Shown: positions 1 to 11,799, counted from the stretch's first letter. The stretch is 64,000 bases of DNA from Octopus sinensis (GCF_006345805.1 NC_043003.1:109120001-109184000); one strand, 5' to 3'. Notes: generated by a model from the sequence alone, not told the origin. Numbers and translations are program-made.

Positions 1-57
1 AGCACTGTAACTAATAAAACAAATAATGAATACACACACACACACACACACACACAC

Positions 58-90
<33 letters not shown>

Positions 91-321
91 TATTTCTTTA
101 TTGCCCACAAGGGGCTAAACATAGAGGGGACAAACAAGGACAGACAAAGGGTTTAAGTCGATTATATTGAACCCAGTGCGTAACTGGTACTTAATTTATC
201 GACCCCGGATGGATGAAAGGCAAAGTCGACGTCGTCAGAACTTGAACTCAGAACGTACTGGGAGATGAAATATCGCTAAGCATTTCACCCGGCATGCTAA
301 CATTCCTGCCAGCTCACCACT
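91..321 (-). mobile_element. tRNA-headed SINE, family A (window-local name), near full length
   Basis: Minus strand has A-box-like TGGCAG(G)AATGTTAG, B-box GAGTTCAAG and tail GTGGGCAATAAAGAAATA; same sequence recurs at least 10 times in the window. Confidence 0.85.
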
Positions 322-429
322 TTATGGTGCATATATATATATATATGTGTATGTGTGTGTGGTGTGTGTGTGTGTGCCTAGGAATTGCTGTATGATAAGA
401 AGCTTGCATCACAACCACATTTAATGTGG

Positions 430-589
430 TTTTGGAGTTAAGTTTTGGCTGCTCTTTCCAGCATGGAGGTATCTCTTAGATACCCTAAATTATAATTTTA
501 ATAACAATTATTACCTTTGAAGGTTTTTATTCCCATGCTGGCCACTTGATAAGATCGATATTTAAATTAACGATCTTATCCTTATTCTT

Positions 590-600
<11 letters not shown>
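430..600 (+). repeat. (TA)n-abutting repeat with GGTATCTCTTAGATACC mini-hairpin, ending CCTTATT(C)TTATA
   Basis: Homologous to 1325-1478, 3960-4240 and 59410-59620 by direct comparison. Confidence 0.7.
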
Positions 601-622
<22 letters not shown>

Positions 623-647
623 GTATAAGTATATGTATGTATGTATG

Positions 648-678
<31 letters not shown>

Positions 679-976
679 GCATGTATATATTTATATACAT
701 GTATACATATGTGTGTGTGTATATATATATACACATGTTTACATATATATACATGTATATACATATATATATACATGCATATATATGTATATATATATAT
801 GTACACATACACATATACCTATATCTATATATATATATACATATGTATATGCTCATGTATATATACATATATATATATATGCAATATATATGTATATATA
901 TGTATATATATATGTATATATAATATATATATATGCATATATATATACATGCATATATATATATATATATTATACA

Positions 977-1012
<36 letters not shown>

Positions 1013-1023
1013 ACATATATTAT

Positions 1024-1055
<32 letters not shown>

Positions 1056-1204
1056 TACATATATATATACATATATATTGCATATATATATATATGTGTA
1101 TATATACATGAGCATATACATATGTATATATATATATAGATATAGGTATATGTGTATGTGTACATATATATATACATATATATGCATGTATATATTATAT
1201 ATAC

Positions 1205-1287
<83 letters not shown>

Positions 1288-1330
1288 CATGTATATATAT
1301 ATGCATGTATATATATATATGCATACATAT
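595..1330. repeat. Compound (TA)n/(TG)n/(CA)n microsatellite
   Basis: Directly visible; source of the YIYI-type pseudo-ORFs. Confidence 0.95.
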
Positions 1331-1478
1331 ATAAATAAGGTTAAGTTTGTTATTTAAAATACCGATCATATAATTTGGCTAGCATAGGAATAAAAACCTC
1401 ATAGGTAATGATTATTATTAAAATTATAATTATATCTAGCATGGTGGTATCTCTCAGATACCCTTAATTATAATTTTA
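1325..1478. repeat. Inverted copy of the 485-600 arm followed by a forward copy of the GGTATCTCTCAGATACC box
   Basis: 1325-1435 reverse-complements to 485-600; 1438-1465 is a direct repeat of 461-490. Confidence 0.7.
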
Positions 1479-1544
1479 ATATATGTATACATATGTATAT
1501 ATATATATATGTATGTATGTGTGTGTGCGCGTGTGTGTGTGAGT

Positions 1545-2285
1545 TTGTGTGTGTGTGTCTGAGTTTGTACCCCCACCATCGCTTGAGAACCAATGTTGCA
1601 GTGTTTATGTCCCTGTAACTTAGCCGTTTGACAAAACATTCCAACAGAATAAGTACTAGGCTTATCTTGCCCAGGACATCAATCGTCTGGAAGCTGTTCA
1701 GCGACGTGCAACCAAAAGAATACTCTCCATCAGGCATTTGCCATATCCTGAACGCCTTACTTCCCTGGGCATGGACACATTGAAACTCCGACGTCTGGCA
1801 GCTGACCTGGCAAACACCCATAAAATTATCAACCATCGCACAAACAATAACACTGAGCACCTCTTCAAACTCCACCCATCTAACACCCGTGGACATATTT
1901 ACAAAGTAAGAAAACAGCACAGCTCCCATGACTTCAGGAAACATTTTTTCACGCTGAGAGTTGCTGAAGCATGGAACAAACTGCCGGCATCGGTTGTTAG
2001 TTGTCGGAGCACTGCATCCTTCAAGACTTCCATGCTTCCTGAGATTCGCCAACACTACACTTGATTTTCTCCCCTCATACACACACAAGCATGTTCACTT
2101 TCCAGACATTTCTACATTACTGCATGTACTTTATATGCACTTTCTGACAAGTTGTGGTGCATCTGAGCACTGTATACAATAATTTCATTATTATTATAAA
2201 GAATGAATCCGTAGCTGATTTCTGTGACTAAAGGCGTTGCTCCCATATGTCTGTGGTTCACATGACCAAAACAAGTAAAACAATA
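1545..2285 (+). mobile_element. 3' half of SINE family B, split by a CR1 insertion
   Basis: Family B consensus ...AAGTACTAGGCTTA|CAAAGAAT... is interrupted at 1665 and resumes at 2198. Confidence 0.75.
1666..2197 (+). mobile_element. 5'-truncated CR1-clade LINE (ORF2 C-terminus plus 3' UTR, (TTA)n tail)
   Basis: Open frame 1666-2064: LAQDINRLEAVQRRATKRI...YPERL..LG...L..RRL..DL...KI...TRGH.YK....FF..RV...WNKLP..VV....SFK, the CR1 ORF2 C-terminal pattern. Confidence 0.9.
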
Positions 2286-2299
2286 AAAATTATGCAATT

Positions 2300-2332
2300 T
2301 AAATCCTGAGCAACACCGGGTATCTCTGCTAG
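2300..2332 (+). mobile_element. Helitron 3' terminus fragment
   Basis: CCTG-AGCAACAC-CGGG hairpin followed by CTAG|T; matches the end of the element at 40900-40928. Confidence 0.6.
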
Positions 2333-2374
2333 TATATATATATATATAAAATCACATACATACACATACATATC

Positions 2375-2408
<34 letters not shown>

Positions 2409-2970
2409 GATACGTATTTGTATGTACACATTTGCACATACACATATACACACATATATAAATTCATGCATACATATACACACACATATACATACATACA
2501 TACATGCCTACTCACATATACATAGAATCATGCACACACACACACATGTGATAGTTATACAATGAGTGGATTATCATTTAATCACTGATACGAGAAACAA
2601 ACTAAGAAGAGACAATAGATGTGATTCGTGTAGGAAACTTCAGCCAACACTGATTGACTATCAAAAGACAAACAGACAGATAGGCAAACAGAAAAATGCA
2701 TTAGCCTAAGAAAACAGCCTAACGAGATCGTTTCTCATTGGTTGGTTTCTGGCAAGATGGCCACTTTTTCAGCTGGTTCATTAATTTACATGTTTGGGTC
2801 AGTGGATTTTGCATCAAGTTCTGTAGCATTTTACTTGGAGTTTGGAGATAAAATTAATGTTGAGAATGGAGATTATTAAACCCTCCTTCTTCACCTCATT
2901 TCTCTGTTTTACTGTTATCTTTTTCTTTTCTTTTCTTTTTTTTTTTTGATTATTTCTTTCTGGATTTTAG

Positions 2971-3037
2971 GCTGAATTTGCTAAAACAACTCTGAAAGAG
3001 TTTGTAAAGGAATGGAGTGTGTGTGGAGAAGATGGGA
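2971..3037 (+). CDS. Candidate small host exon (AEFAKTTLKEFVKEWSVCGEDG), protein unidentified
   Basis: Long polypyrimidine tract ending TTTTAG at 2970; only frame 0 stays open; donor uncertain (3004, 3017 or 3038). Confidence 0.2.
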
Positions 3038-3084
3038 GTGAGAAACTTGTACAGACAAAGATCAAGATCAAGAGAGAGAGAGAG

Positions 3085-3116
<32 letters not shown>

Positions 3117-3159
3117 CAATGCATCTATCTATCTATGTATATGTACATATACATATATC

Positions 3160-3350
3160 ATCATCATCATCATCAATCATCATCAATCATCAATCATCAT
3201 TAATCATGATCATCATTTAAAGTCTGTTTTCCATGCTGACTGGTTGAACAGGAACCAATGAATTAGAAGAGTGCAATGTGTTCCAACATCTGCTTTGGCA
3301 AGTTTTCTATCGCTGGATGCTCTTCCTAACATCAACCAATTTACAGTGTA
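3160..3350 (-). mobile_element. RTE 3' UTR tail fragment (family C)
   Basis: (CAT)n followed by ...GCTGGATGCTCTTCCTAACATCAACCA, the family C core. Confidence 0.7.
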
Positions 3351-3439
3351 CTGTGTACATACACTCACACACTCACACACACACTCACACACACATGCAT
3401 GTTAATATGGTTAACTCAAAACATTGTGAATAAATAAAC

Positions 3440-3670
3440 ATTTATCTCTTTAGCATTTTAACTGGCCATATCCGGTCCAAAATATTCTACCTGTTTTACA
3501 TTCAATCTGACTAAATCAGGCCTCTCACACCTATCCTACAATGCCATTCTAAATATAAACTATTGCATCACTGAAATCTCAAAGCTTCAAGATGATAAGT
3601 GATAGTTTTAAAACAACACGAATAAATAAGCATTACACTTGACAAAGGAATTTGAATGTGAAAGAGTTAA
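3440..3670 (+). mobile_element. piggyBac-like MITE (family G), diverged
   Basis: Termini resemble TTAACCCTTTAGCATT...AAAGGGTTAA; homologous copies at 21365-21580, 22195-22382 and 50161-50355. Confidence 0.65.
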
Positions 3671-3959
3671 GGGTAGGAATAGTAGCTACCTGATGTTTCA
3701 CAGGCATTATAGAAAGGCTATTGTGATAACTAGAGTTGCCCCATGGTCTCAATTTCTCACACACTCACACATGCATACATACATGCCCAAATGCTTAAGG
3801 GTTAATATTAAATTATTTTCCTATGTAACTCAACATGAAATCTATATGTATACACACACAAATATATATATACACACATATATATATATATATACATATA
3901 TATACATATATATATATATATATATGCATATATATATATTCATTTATTTATTTATATAT

Positions 3960-4240
3960 AAATAAGGATAAGATCGTTATTTAAATACCGATCTTATCAG
4001 GTGGCCAGCATGGTAGTAAAAAGCCTGAGTATATTCCACTGATGAAGGTAAAGCATTTCTTATGCAGAGCCAGAAATTCGGGATCTGGAATTATCCAGTA
4101 ATTTTTTTTTGCTAGTTTATTTTGTCTCTTTGTCTTCTCTCCTAGTGCTGTATGAACAATTTAGTATGGTTTTAAAGCCAAGTTTTGGCTGTTTTCAGCG
4201 TGGTGGTATTTCTTAGATACCCTAAATTATAATTTATATA
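3960..4240 (+). mobile_element. Penelope-like pseudo-LTR-type repeat: inverted 3' arm, hammerhead motif and GGTAT..AGATACC box, flanked by (TA)n
   Basis: Homology to 430-600 and 1325-1478; hammerhead fold at 4033-4091. Confidence 0.55.
4033..4091 (+). ncRNA. Candidate type I hammerhead ribozyme
   Basis: Stem I ATTCCA/TGGAAT; core CTGATGA 4039-4045; stem II GGT..GCAT-ttctt-ATGC..GCC; GAAA 4073-4076; short stem III ATT/GAT; AUC triplet ending 4085. An extra A lies on each side of stem II. Confidence 0.5.
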
Positions 4241-4471
4241 TATATATGTTTTTATTATTATTTTGCAATTTACTTATCATCGGATTATTATTATTTTTTT
4301 TTAATATTTCTATTATATGTAATTTTCTGGATGGTGTTGTATTATGATCATTTTGAATTGATAAAAGGTGGTTTTTCTAATTTTTATATTATATTATATT
4401 TTGTGTAATTGATTTAGTATTTTTAAATTGAATTTTTCCCTGTTAGTTAGGAATAATATTCCCTCAAATAA

Positions 4472-4554
<83 letters not shown>

Positions 4555-4879
4555 ATCTGTTCAATCCATCTTCTTGTATTAAAATTTGTTTATACATATG
4601 ACTGGTTAGTTAGTCATTGAAATTATGCATTCACACTACAATCAAATGCACATTGTGCATATAAAGACTTATATGAACACATTATAGCTCTACATTCAAA
4701 CATACATGTAAACATTCATATATCTCTTCTTAGAAATGCAAAAAATATCATCCCTCCCTCCAAACAAAAAAAAAACACCTATGCAACATGAAGGGTTTTA
4801 TTCCTGTGGAGTCCCAATATAATTCCTACACATTTCTTGATCAAAAGACATTTTTATCTTCTCACACTTAATCTAGATC

Positions 4880-5280
4880 CTAGGCATTTTATGGTTTCTA
4901 TAATGGTGTTGGTGTTGGTGTTGGTGGTTGTAGTGGAGATGGATGATGGTGACAGCAGTTGCAGAGGTGGTGGCTCTGGTGGTGTTGGTGGTGGAGGTGG
5001 TGATAGTTTTCGGTGGGGTTTGATGTGTTCTGCAATGGCCATCATTATTTTGGTGCTGGTGATGGTGATGGTGATAATAGTGACATGATAATGGTGGTCA
5101 TGTGATGCTTGTAGTGATGATAATGGTGAGTTTAGTGATGGTGATAGTATGATGATGCTATGATTGTAGAAGTGGTGGTGGTGCTGGTGGTTGATGTGGT
5201 GTTGATGGTGTGTTTAGTGGTGGAGATAGCATGATGGTATGATGGTGCTGGTGATGGTGATGGTGGTGATGATGATGTTG
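4880..5280. repeat. Degenerate (GGT/GAT)n trinucleotide tract (similar tract at 5800-6090)
   Basis: Directly visible. Confidence 0.9.
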
Positions 5281-6119
5281 CCTTGCTCAAAGATACAACG
5301 TACAGCCTTATATGAGAATTGAACACATGACCTTATGATCATGAGTCCACAAGTGGTAGTGTTAAATCAGCTGAAGGTGTATGTTTACCATCCAACAAAT
5401 GGTATGGTCTCTACAATGGTCTTGCACATAGTTTCTCTCTCTATCAAGACTTTTGGTCAGTCTAAGTCTCTGGCAGAAGGCACTTAACCAAAATGTTACA
5501 AACTGGGATTGAACCTGTAAACATGCAGTTGCATAGCAAACTTCTTACCACACACCCATGCCTGCCATCAATGTGCTTGTGTTGTTGCTTAGAGTAGACC
5601 CGTAGCCAAAGACGTTCTAATCATGACCATCCTGTTTTTTCCCAGGCACAGTGCACCACAGTACACCAATGATCACATTACCCCTAGTATCCTTCCATTC
5701 CAAGATGGCAAGGTGAGATGCAAAGGAGATTCGGCTGCTATTTCTAGCAGTTTAAAATACTAAGTAGAAGTTGTTTCATTGAGGTTGCATTATCTGTAGT
5801 GGTGGTGGTGGTGGTGGTTTTGATGGTGGCAACAACACCTTTGATATAGGTAGCAGTGGGTGGGAGGGTGATTGAGGCTGTGCTTTAGTTGTTGCCATTG
5901 GTGGTGGTTGTGGTGGGGAAAGTGGTTTTGATGGTGGTAGTGTTGGTATTAGTATTGACAGGGGTGGTAGTGTTGGTATTAGTATTGGCAGGGATGGTGG
6001 TGTTGGTGGTTGAGGTGAGAGAGGTGATGATAGTAAGGGTGGTGGTGGTGGTGGTGGTTGTAGTGAAAGTAGTCTTGATGGTGGTACTTTGGTGCTAATT
6101 GAGGGGGCGCAGTAGTAGC

Positions 6120-6533
6120 GGATCTTTTCGGTCTGATGGCAGTTTTTAACATAATTTCTAGGTAACTAAAAAATTTTAAACTTCATATACTGGTAGAATG
6201 TGTTTATAAAACATCTTTTTCTCTTGACTTTATTGAGAAAATTCTATAGTTTGTAAGATATTTGTTGTTTTTTTCTTCAATTTCTGCAATTTCAACCAAT
6301 CAGTGACGTCCATTGAGGTAAAAACATTCTGCACCGTATGAATATGTTCCTCGTTTAAGAAACAGATTGGGTTTATTTACATTTGTGAAGAAAAAAAGAT
6401 ACCCTTCCCCTAACCCCTAGCCCTAACCCTAAAAGAGATTGAAATGCAATAGATCGATACTAGGGTCATAATTATGGGTGACAATTTCATATGACACCGC
6501 TAGAAAAAACTGCCGTTCAAACCGAAATGATTT
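6120..6533. mobile_element. MITE with ~28-bp imperfect TIRs and internal CCCTAA-like repeats
   Basis: GGATCTTTTCGGTCTGATGGCAGTTTTT ... AAAAACTGCCGTTCAAACCGAAATGATTT; GTAGTAGC at 6112-6119 and 6534-6541 (possible 8-bp TSD). Confidence 0.75.
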
Positions 6534-7276
6534 GTAGTAGCAACAACAATAGTAGTAGAAGTGGCAATGACAGTAACAGTGGTAGTAGTGGTTGTGGTGT
6601 CATTATTAGTGGTGTTGGTGGTGGTTTGTCGCAATGACGGCAATAATGAAGTTTTGTCCCCATCCCCCTCTGCCCAGCCAGCCCCAAAATAGAAACCATT
6701 TCTCAACAATGTTGAAGACAAAGTGCGACCATATTATTATCCTATTCTTCATTCTGCCTCTTCTCTTTCTTTCTCTCCATCACACTCACGCACACCCACA
6801 CACATACACACATACACACATACACATGCACACACACACAAACACACTCACATACACACATACATGTTCATATGTATCTAGTCTCTCTACTTCTCTTTCT
6901 TTCCTTTTCTACTCTCCCTCTCTCTCTCTCTCTCTCTCATTTCTTACACTAAGATAAAATATTTGGACAAAATTCTTCCACTAAAGTTCTTCTCTGTGTA
7001 TTTGCATTAAGTATTATCAGTAGAAATAATGTTTCCACATATTTGCATATGTTGGTAGTTATGAATACTTATCTGCCTAAAAGTACGCTTGAATTTATAA
7101 ATGCACGTTTATGAAATATATATTTGTCTTCCTGATCCGTCTTTTATTTTTTTAAACTTTTCAAATTCACCCTGTAAAGAATGAATTAGTTTTAATAATG
7201 AAGCTACGTTCCATCATTGAAATTTTGATACTGAAGTTTAGAAAAAATTTGAATATTTTCTATATTCTGTTCACAG

Positions 7277-7313
7277 GCTGAAGTTACCAAATATCTATTA
7301 AACGGCTTCTTAG
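7277..7313 (+). CDS. Candidate 37-nt host exon (AEVTKYLLNGFL-G) with GC donor
   Basis: Acceptor TTCTGTTCACAG, donor AG|GCAAGT (consensus GC-AG donor), in non-repetitive context; other two frames contain stops. Confidence 0.3.
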
Positions 7314-7536
7314 GCAAGTATTTTCTACCATAGTTTTGAATTGCTAGGTATTTGTAGATTTTTGTTGTTGTTATAAGCAAGTTGTAATCTTATGATTCAC
7401 ATACAACTGTAACTGACTTTAATTGAATTTGCATTAAAAATTTTGTAACATACTGATTAGTATAAAAAGTTCCCAACAATCCTTTTTGATACAGTCTAGC
7501 CATACAGGCTGAATGTCCAACCACGATAATGATTTA

Positions 7537-7803
7537 TTCTTTTATTTGTTTCAGTCATTTGACTGTGGCCATGCTGGAGCACTGCTTTTAGTCAAACAAA
7601 TCGACCCCAGGACTTATTCTTTGTAAGCCTAGTACTTATTCTGTCGTTCTCTTTTGCGCTGAACTGCTAAGTTACGGGGATGTAAACACACCAGCATCGG
7701 TTGTCAAGCGATGGTGGGGGACAAACACAAACACAGAAACACACACACACACATACACACACATACATACATGCATCCATACATACATACACACACACAT
7801 ATA

Positions 7804-7839
<36 letters not shown>

Positions 7840-8018
7840 TACATATACATATATACGACAGGCTTCTTTCAGTTTCTGTCTACCAAATTCCCTCACAAGG
7901 CTTTGGTTGGCCCGAGGCTATAGTAGAAGACACTTGCCCAAGGTGCTACGCAGTGGGACTGAACCCGGAACCATGTGGTTGGTAAGCAAGCTACTTACCA
8001 CACAGCTATGTCTGTACC
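7537..8018 (-). mobile_element. SINE family B, full length (tRNA head, CORE-like GCACCTTGGGCAAGTG segment, internal microsatellite)
   Basis: Reverse complement of the copy at 55357-55771. Confidence 0.9.
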
Positions 8019-8094
8019 TATATGATTATTTTTATGCTGAGTTATAATAAAAGCAATTTAATATTAAACTGAAGAATTACTCAATACTACTTTC

Positions 8095-8620
8095 GTATGA
8101 AGACAGGGAAAGCCCCTGCCCATCAGGAATTACTGCAGAGATGCTCAAAATATCTGGCAGTGTCAGCTATAGCCTAGTAACCCATATAGTTAACCAGGTG
8201 ATACACGAAGGAGTCATACCCAATGACTGGTGTAGCAGCATAATAGTCAACTGCTACAAATGTAAATGTGACGCTTTAGATACAAATACTGGCACTTGTG
8301 CCCCGTGCTAGTAGGGTGCAAAGAGCACCATTCGTGCGTGATTGTTACCAGCGTCGCCTTACTGGCACCTGTGCCGGTGGCATGTATAAGAAGATTCGAG
8401 CAAGGTCATTGCCAGTACCAACTGACTGGCCTCTGTGCAGATGGCATGTAAAAAGCACCCACTACACTCTCGGAATGGTTGGCTTTAGAAAGGGCATCCA
8501 GCTGTAGAAACTCTGCCAGATCAAGATTGGAGCCATCTGGTTAGCCAGCCCTCAGTCTAATTGGTCCAACCCATGCTAGCATGGAAAGCAGACATTAAAC
8601 GACGATGATGATGATGATGA
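8095..8620 (+). mobile_element. Internally deleted RTE LINE: RT N-terminal fragment fused to the 3' UTR
   Basis: 8097-8287 reads MKTGKAP(G)PSGITAEMLK...IPNDWCSSIIVNCYK.K.DALD with one frameshift, then continues directly into the family C tail ending (GAT)n. Confidence 0.85.
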
Positions 8621-8807
8621 TATATTTTTGGAATGGTGAATTTCAAAGCAAATAAAGCAATAAATAGCAGCATGTAGGTATTGGTTTTAAAACCTTTTGT
8701 GTAGAAATAGCCAAGGGCTGCCTGACTTTTTTGTTTCAAAGTTTCTAAATTCTTATGAAATCACAACTACTACTGCTGCTGCTGCTGCTACTACTACTAC
8801 TACTACT

Positions 8808-8842
<35 letters not shown>

Positions 8843-8845
8843 CAT

Positions 8846-8955
8846 GAAATGAAATGTCTAGGTCAAGAACACAATACACAGCCCGGCCAGTGAATTGAAC
8901 TCACTACTTCATGATTGTGAGCTTGATACTCTAACCACTGGGCCATGTGTTTTCA
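8846..8955 (-). mobile_element. SINE family E, 5' part
   Basis: Reverse complement of 9088-9200. Confidence 0.8.
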
Positions 8956-9087
8956 CACACACACACAAAGCATTATTTTATATATATATATAAATATATA
9001 TATATAAAATAATGTACTCTATATATGTGTGTGTGTGTGTGTGTGTATAGAATAATGTGCTTTATATATGTGTGTGTATGTGTGTGC

Positions 9088-9320
9088 GTGAAAGCACATG
9101 GCTCAGTGGTTAGAACATCAGGCTCACAATCATGAGGTAGTGAGTTCAATTCCCTGACTGGGCTATGTATTGTGTTCTTGGGCAAGACACTTTATTTCGT
9201 GTTGTTCCAGTTCACTCAGCTGCAGGAAAGCAATTGTGACATCACTGATGCCAAGCTGTATCGGCCCCATTGCCTTTCCCTTGGATAACATCGGTGGTGT
9301 GGAGAGGGGAGGCTGGTGTA
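9088..9320 (+). mobile_element. tRNA-headed SINE family E, 3'-truncated
   Basis: A box TGGCTCAGTGG, B box GAGTTCAATTCC, body TGTGTTCTTGGGCAAGACACTT. Confidence 0.85.
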
Positions 9321-9543
9321 AAAAGGTTGAATTAAATCTTGTCCTTTAATTTGGAGGATTCCAAAAAAAGATTTCTAATATAGTTTCTTCATATTTTGCT
9401 GGTAACTTTCTGGCGTAAGTATGTGAATATGAAAATGATACTTGTATACAGTGTGATGTGAATTTATGGAAAGGAATCTCATAAAAGTCAACAAATTTGT
9501 TGAGTTTTATGGGATTCTTTTCCATGAATTCACAACACACCAT

Positions 9544-9583
<40 letters not shown>

Positions 9584-9809
9584 TAATAAGTTCCAGGGTA
9601 GTAAAAAAAATTTAGAAAATTTCTTTGCTACCAGTGGTCTAGCAAAAAGAAAACTAGTCAATAGACTAGTTTTTATTTTTCTTTCCCTTTCGAAATTAGC
9701 CCTAACAGTGGTTTGGAGTTTAACTACTCCTTCTAGCGGGTCAGATGTCCTGTTATGGCCATCTCTTATGTGTTTAAATGTGCACTGCATTTATATATAT
9801 ATATATATA

Positions 9810-10160
9810 TAGCATCGCCTCGACTGGCTTCCGTGCCGGTGGCACGTAAAAAGCACCATCCGAATCGTGGCTGATGCCAGTGCCGCCTTGACTGGCTTCC
9901 GTGCTGGTGGTATGTAAAATGCACCAATCCGATCGTGGCCATTGCCAGCCTCACCTGGCACCTATGCAGGTGGCACATAAAAAGCACCCACTACACTCAC
10001 GGAGTGGTTGGCGTTAGGAAGGGCATCCAGCTGTAGAAACACTGCCAGATCAGACTGGAGCCTGGTGCAGCCTTCTGGCTTCCCAGATCCCCAGTCGAAC
10101 CGTCCAACCCATGCTAGCATGGAGAATGGATGTTAAACGATGATGATGATGATGATATAT
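9810..10160 (+). mobile_element. RTE 3' UTR copy (family C) with tandem internal modules
   Basis: GGCGTTAGGAAGGGCATCCAGCTGTAGAAA core and (GAT)n tail. Confidence 0.85.
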
Positions 10161-10713
10161 ATATAATGAGCTTAATACAGTGGTCATATTCACTACGGCT
10201 TGTTGGGAAAGAGTAAAAGAGAGGACAGAAAACAGCAAAAAGTCAACTAAAGAAAGACAGCAATGGAATCCAAAACAACATGCGCCGCACACAGAATAAA
10301 ACACACCAAAACCCCCAGAAAATCAAACTATAAATATACAATGATAAAAGGGTATTTCTGTTATAACCATGTCATTCATTTTCAAATTTCAAACATAACA
10401 TATCAAAGCTTACATGATCCACTACATGTCCCTTATTTTTTGGGACAAAATAATGTGATCTAAGGGTGATTTGGCTGCTATCTCTAGCAATTCATACATA
10501 TATGATTTGCTAGAAATGACATGGTTGCTTTGTGCTATGTTGCATTGATTTTCAGTTTGACTGGAAATCCACTGGTTGCCTAACTTGTTAAGTGCATTAT
10601 GTTGGAGGATATATGTACTACTGACAATTCTACATGCACAACACGCATATATTCTTTTATATACATACAAGTATACATACATACATACTACATACATATA
10701 TACATATACAAAC

Positions 10714-10734
<21 letters not shown>

Positions 10735-10750
<16 letters not shown>

Positions 10751-11649
10751 AATATATATATATGCATACAAATATATATATATATATACACATACATATA
10801 CATATAAATATATACACATACATATACATATAAATATATACACATACATACATATATACACATATACATATATATATATACATGCATACATGCATATATA
10901 TGAATGTATATGTGTATGCATGTATGTTTGTTCGTATGTATGTATGTATGCATATATGTATGTGTATATGTATATGTACATACATACATTCAGAGCAACT
11001 ACATTCTGGTTAGTAATTTGATTATACACATTCATCTGTACTAGACATTGGCGGCTGAAAGGAAGCCATGTAAATATTATACTTGTCATTGGTTGAAGCT
11101 TGGATGCCTTTGTCTAATATATGTGAGAGTATATGTATAATTATGTACGTGTGTGCATGTATGTGTGTGTGTATATATATACATATATATATATAATATA
11201 TATATATATGTAAATATATATATATGCATACAAATATATATATATATATACACATACATATACATATAAATATATACACATACATATACATATAAATATA
11301 TACACATACATACATATATACACATATACATATATATATATACATGCATACATGCATATATATGAATGTATATGTGTATGCATGTATGTTTGTTCGTATG
11401 TATGTATGTACGTATGTATGTATGTATGCATATATGTATGTGTATATGTATATGTACATACATACATTCAGAGCAACTACATTCTGGTTAGTAATTTGAT
11501 TATACACATTCATCTGTACTAGACATTGGCGGCTGAAAGGAAGCCATGTAAATATTATACTTGTCATTGGTTGAAGCTTGGATGCCTTTGTCTAATATAT
11601 GTGAGAGTATATGTATAATTATGTACGTGTGTGCATGTATGTGTGTGTG

Positions 11650-11680
<31 letters not shown>
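10735..11680. repeat. Tandem duplication, period ~478 bp
   Basis: Unique segment CAGAGCAACTACATTCTGG... occurs at 10991 and 11469, apparently identical. Confidence 0.9.
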
Positions 11681-11685
<5 letters not shown>

Positions 11686-11735
11686 TCATTTATATATATA
11701 CATTTACATACCCACACATACACACACATATGTAA

Positions 11736-11799
<64 letters not shown>

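Noticed and set aside
527-1338. Long ORFs of YI/HT/CV/LSIY dipeptide repeats here and at 10422-11567, 18243-18738, 27785-28261, 31909-32901, 36643-37785 and 60622-61253
   Set aside because: They are translations of microsatellites, which lack stop codons in several frames on both strands; no coding signal.
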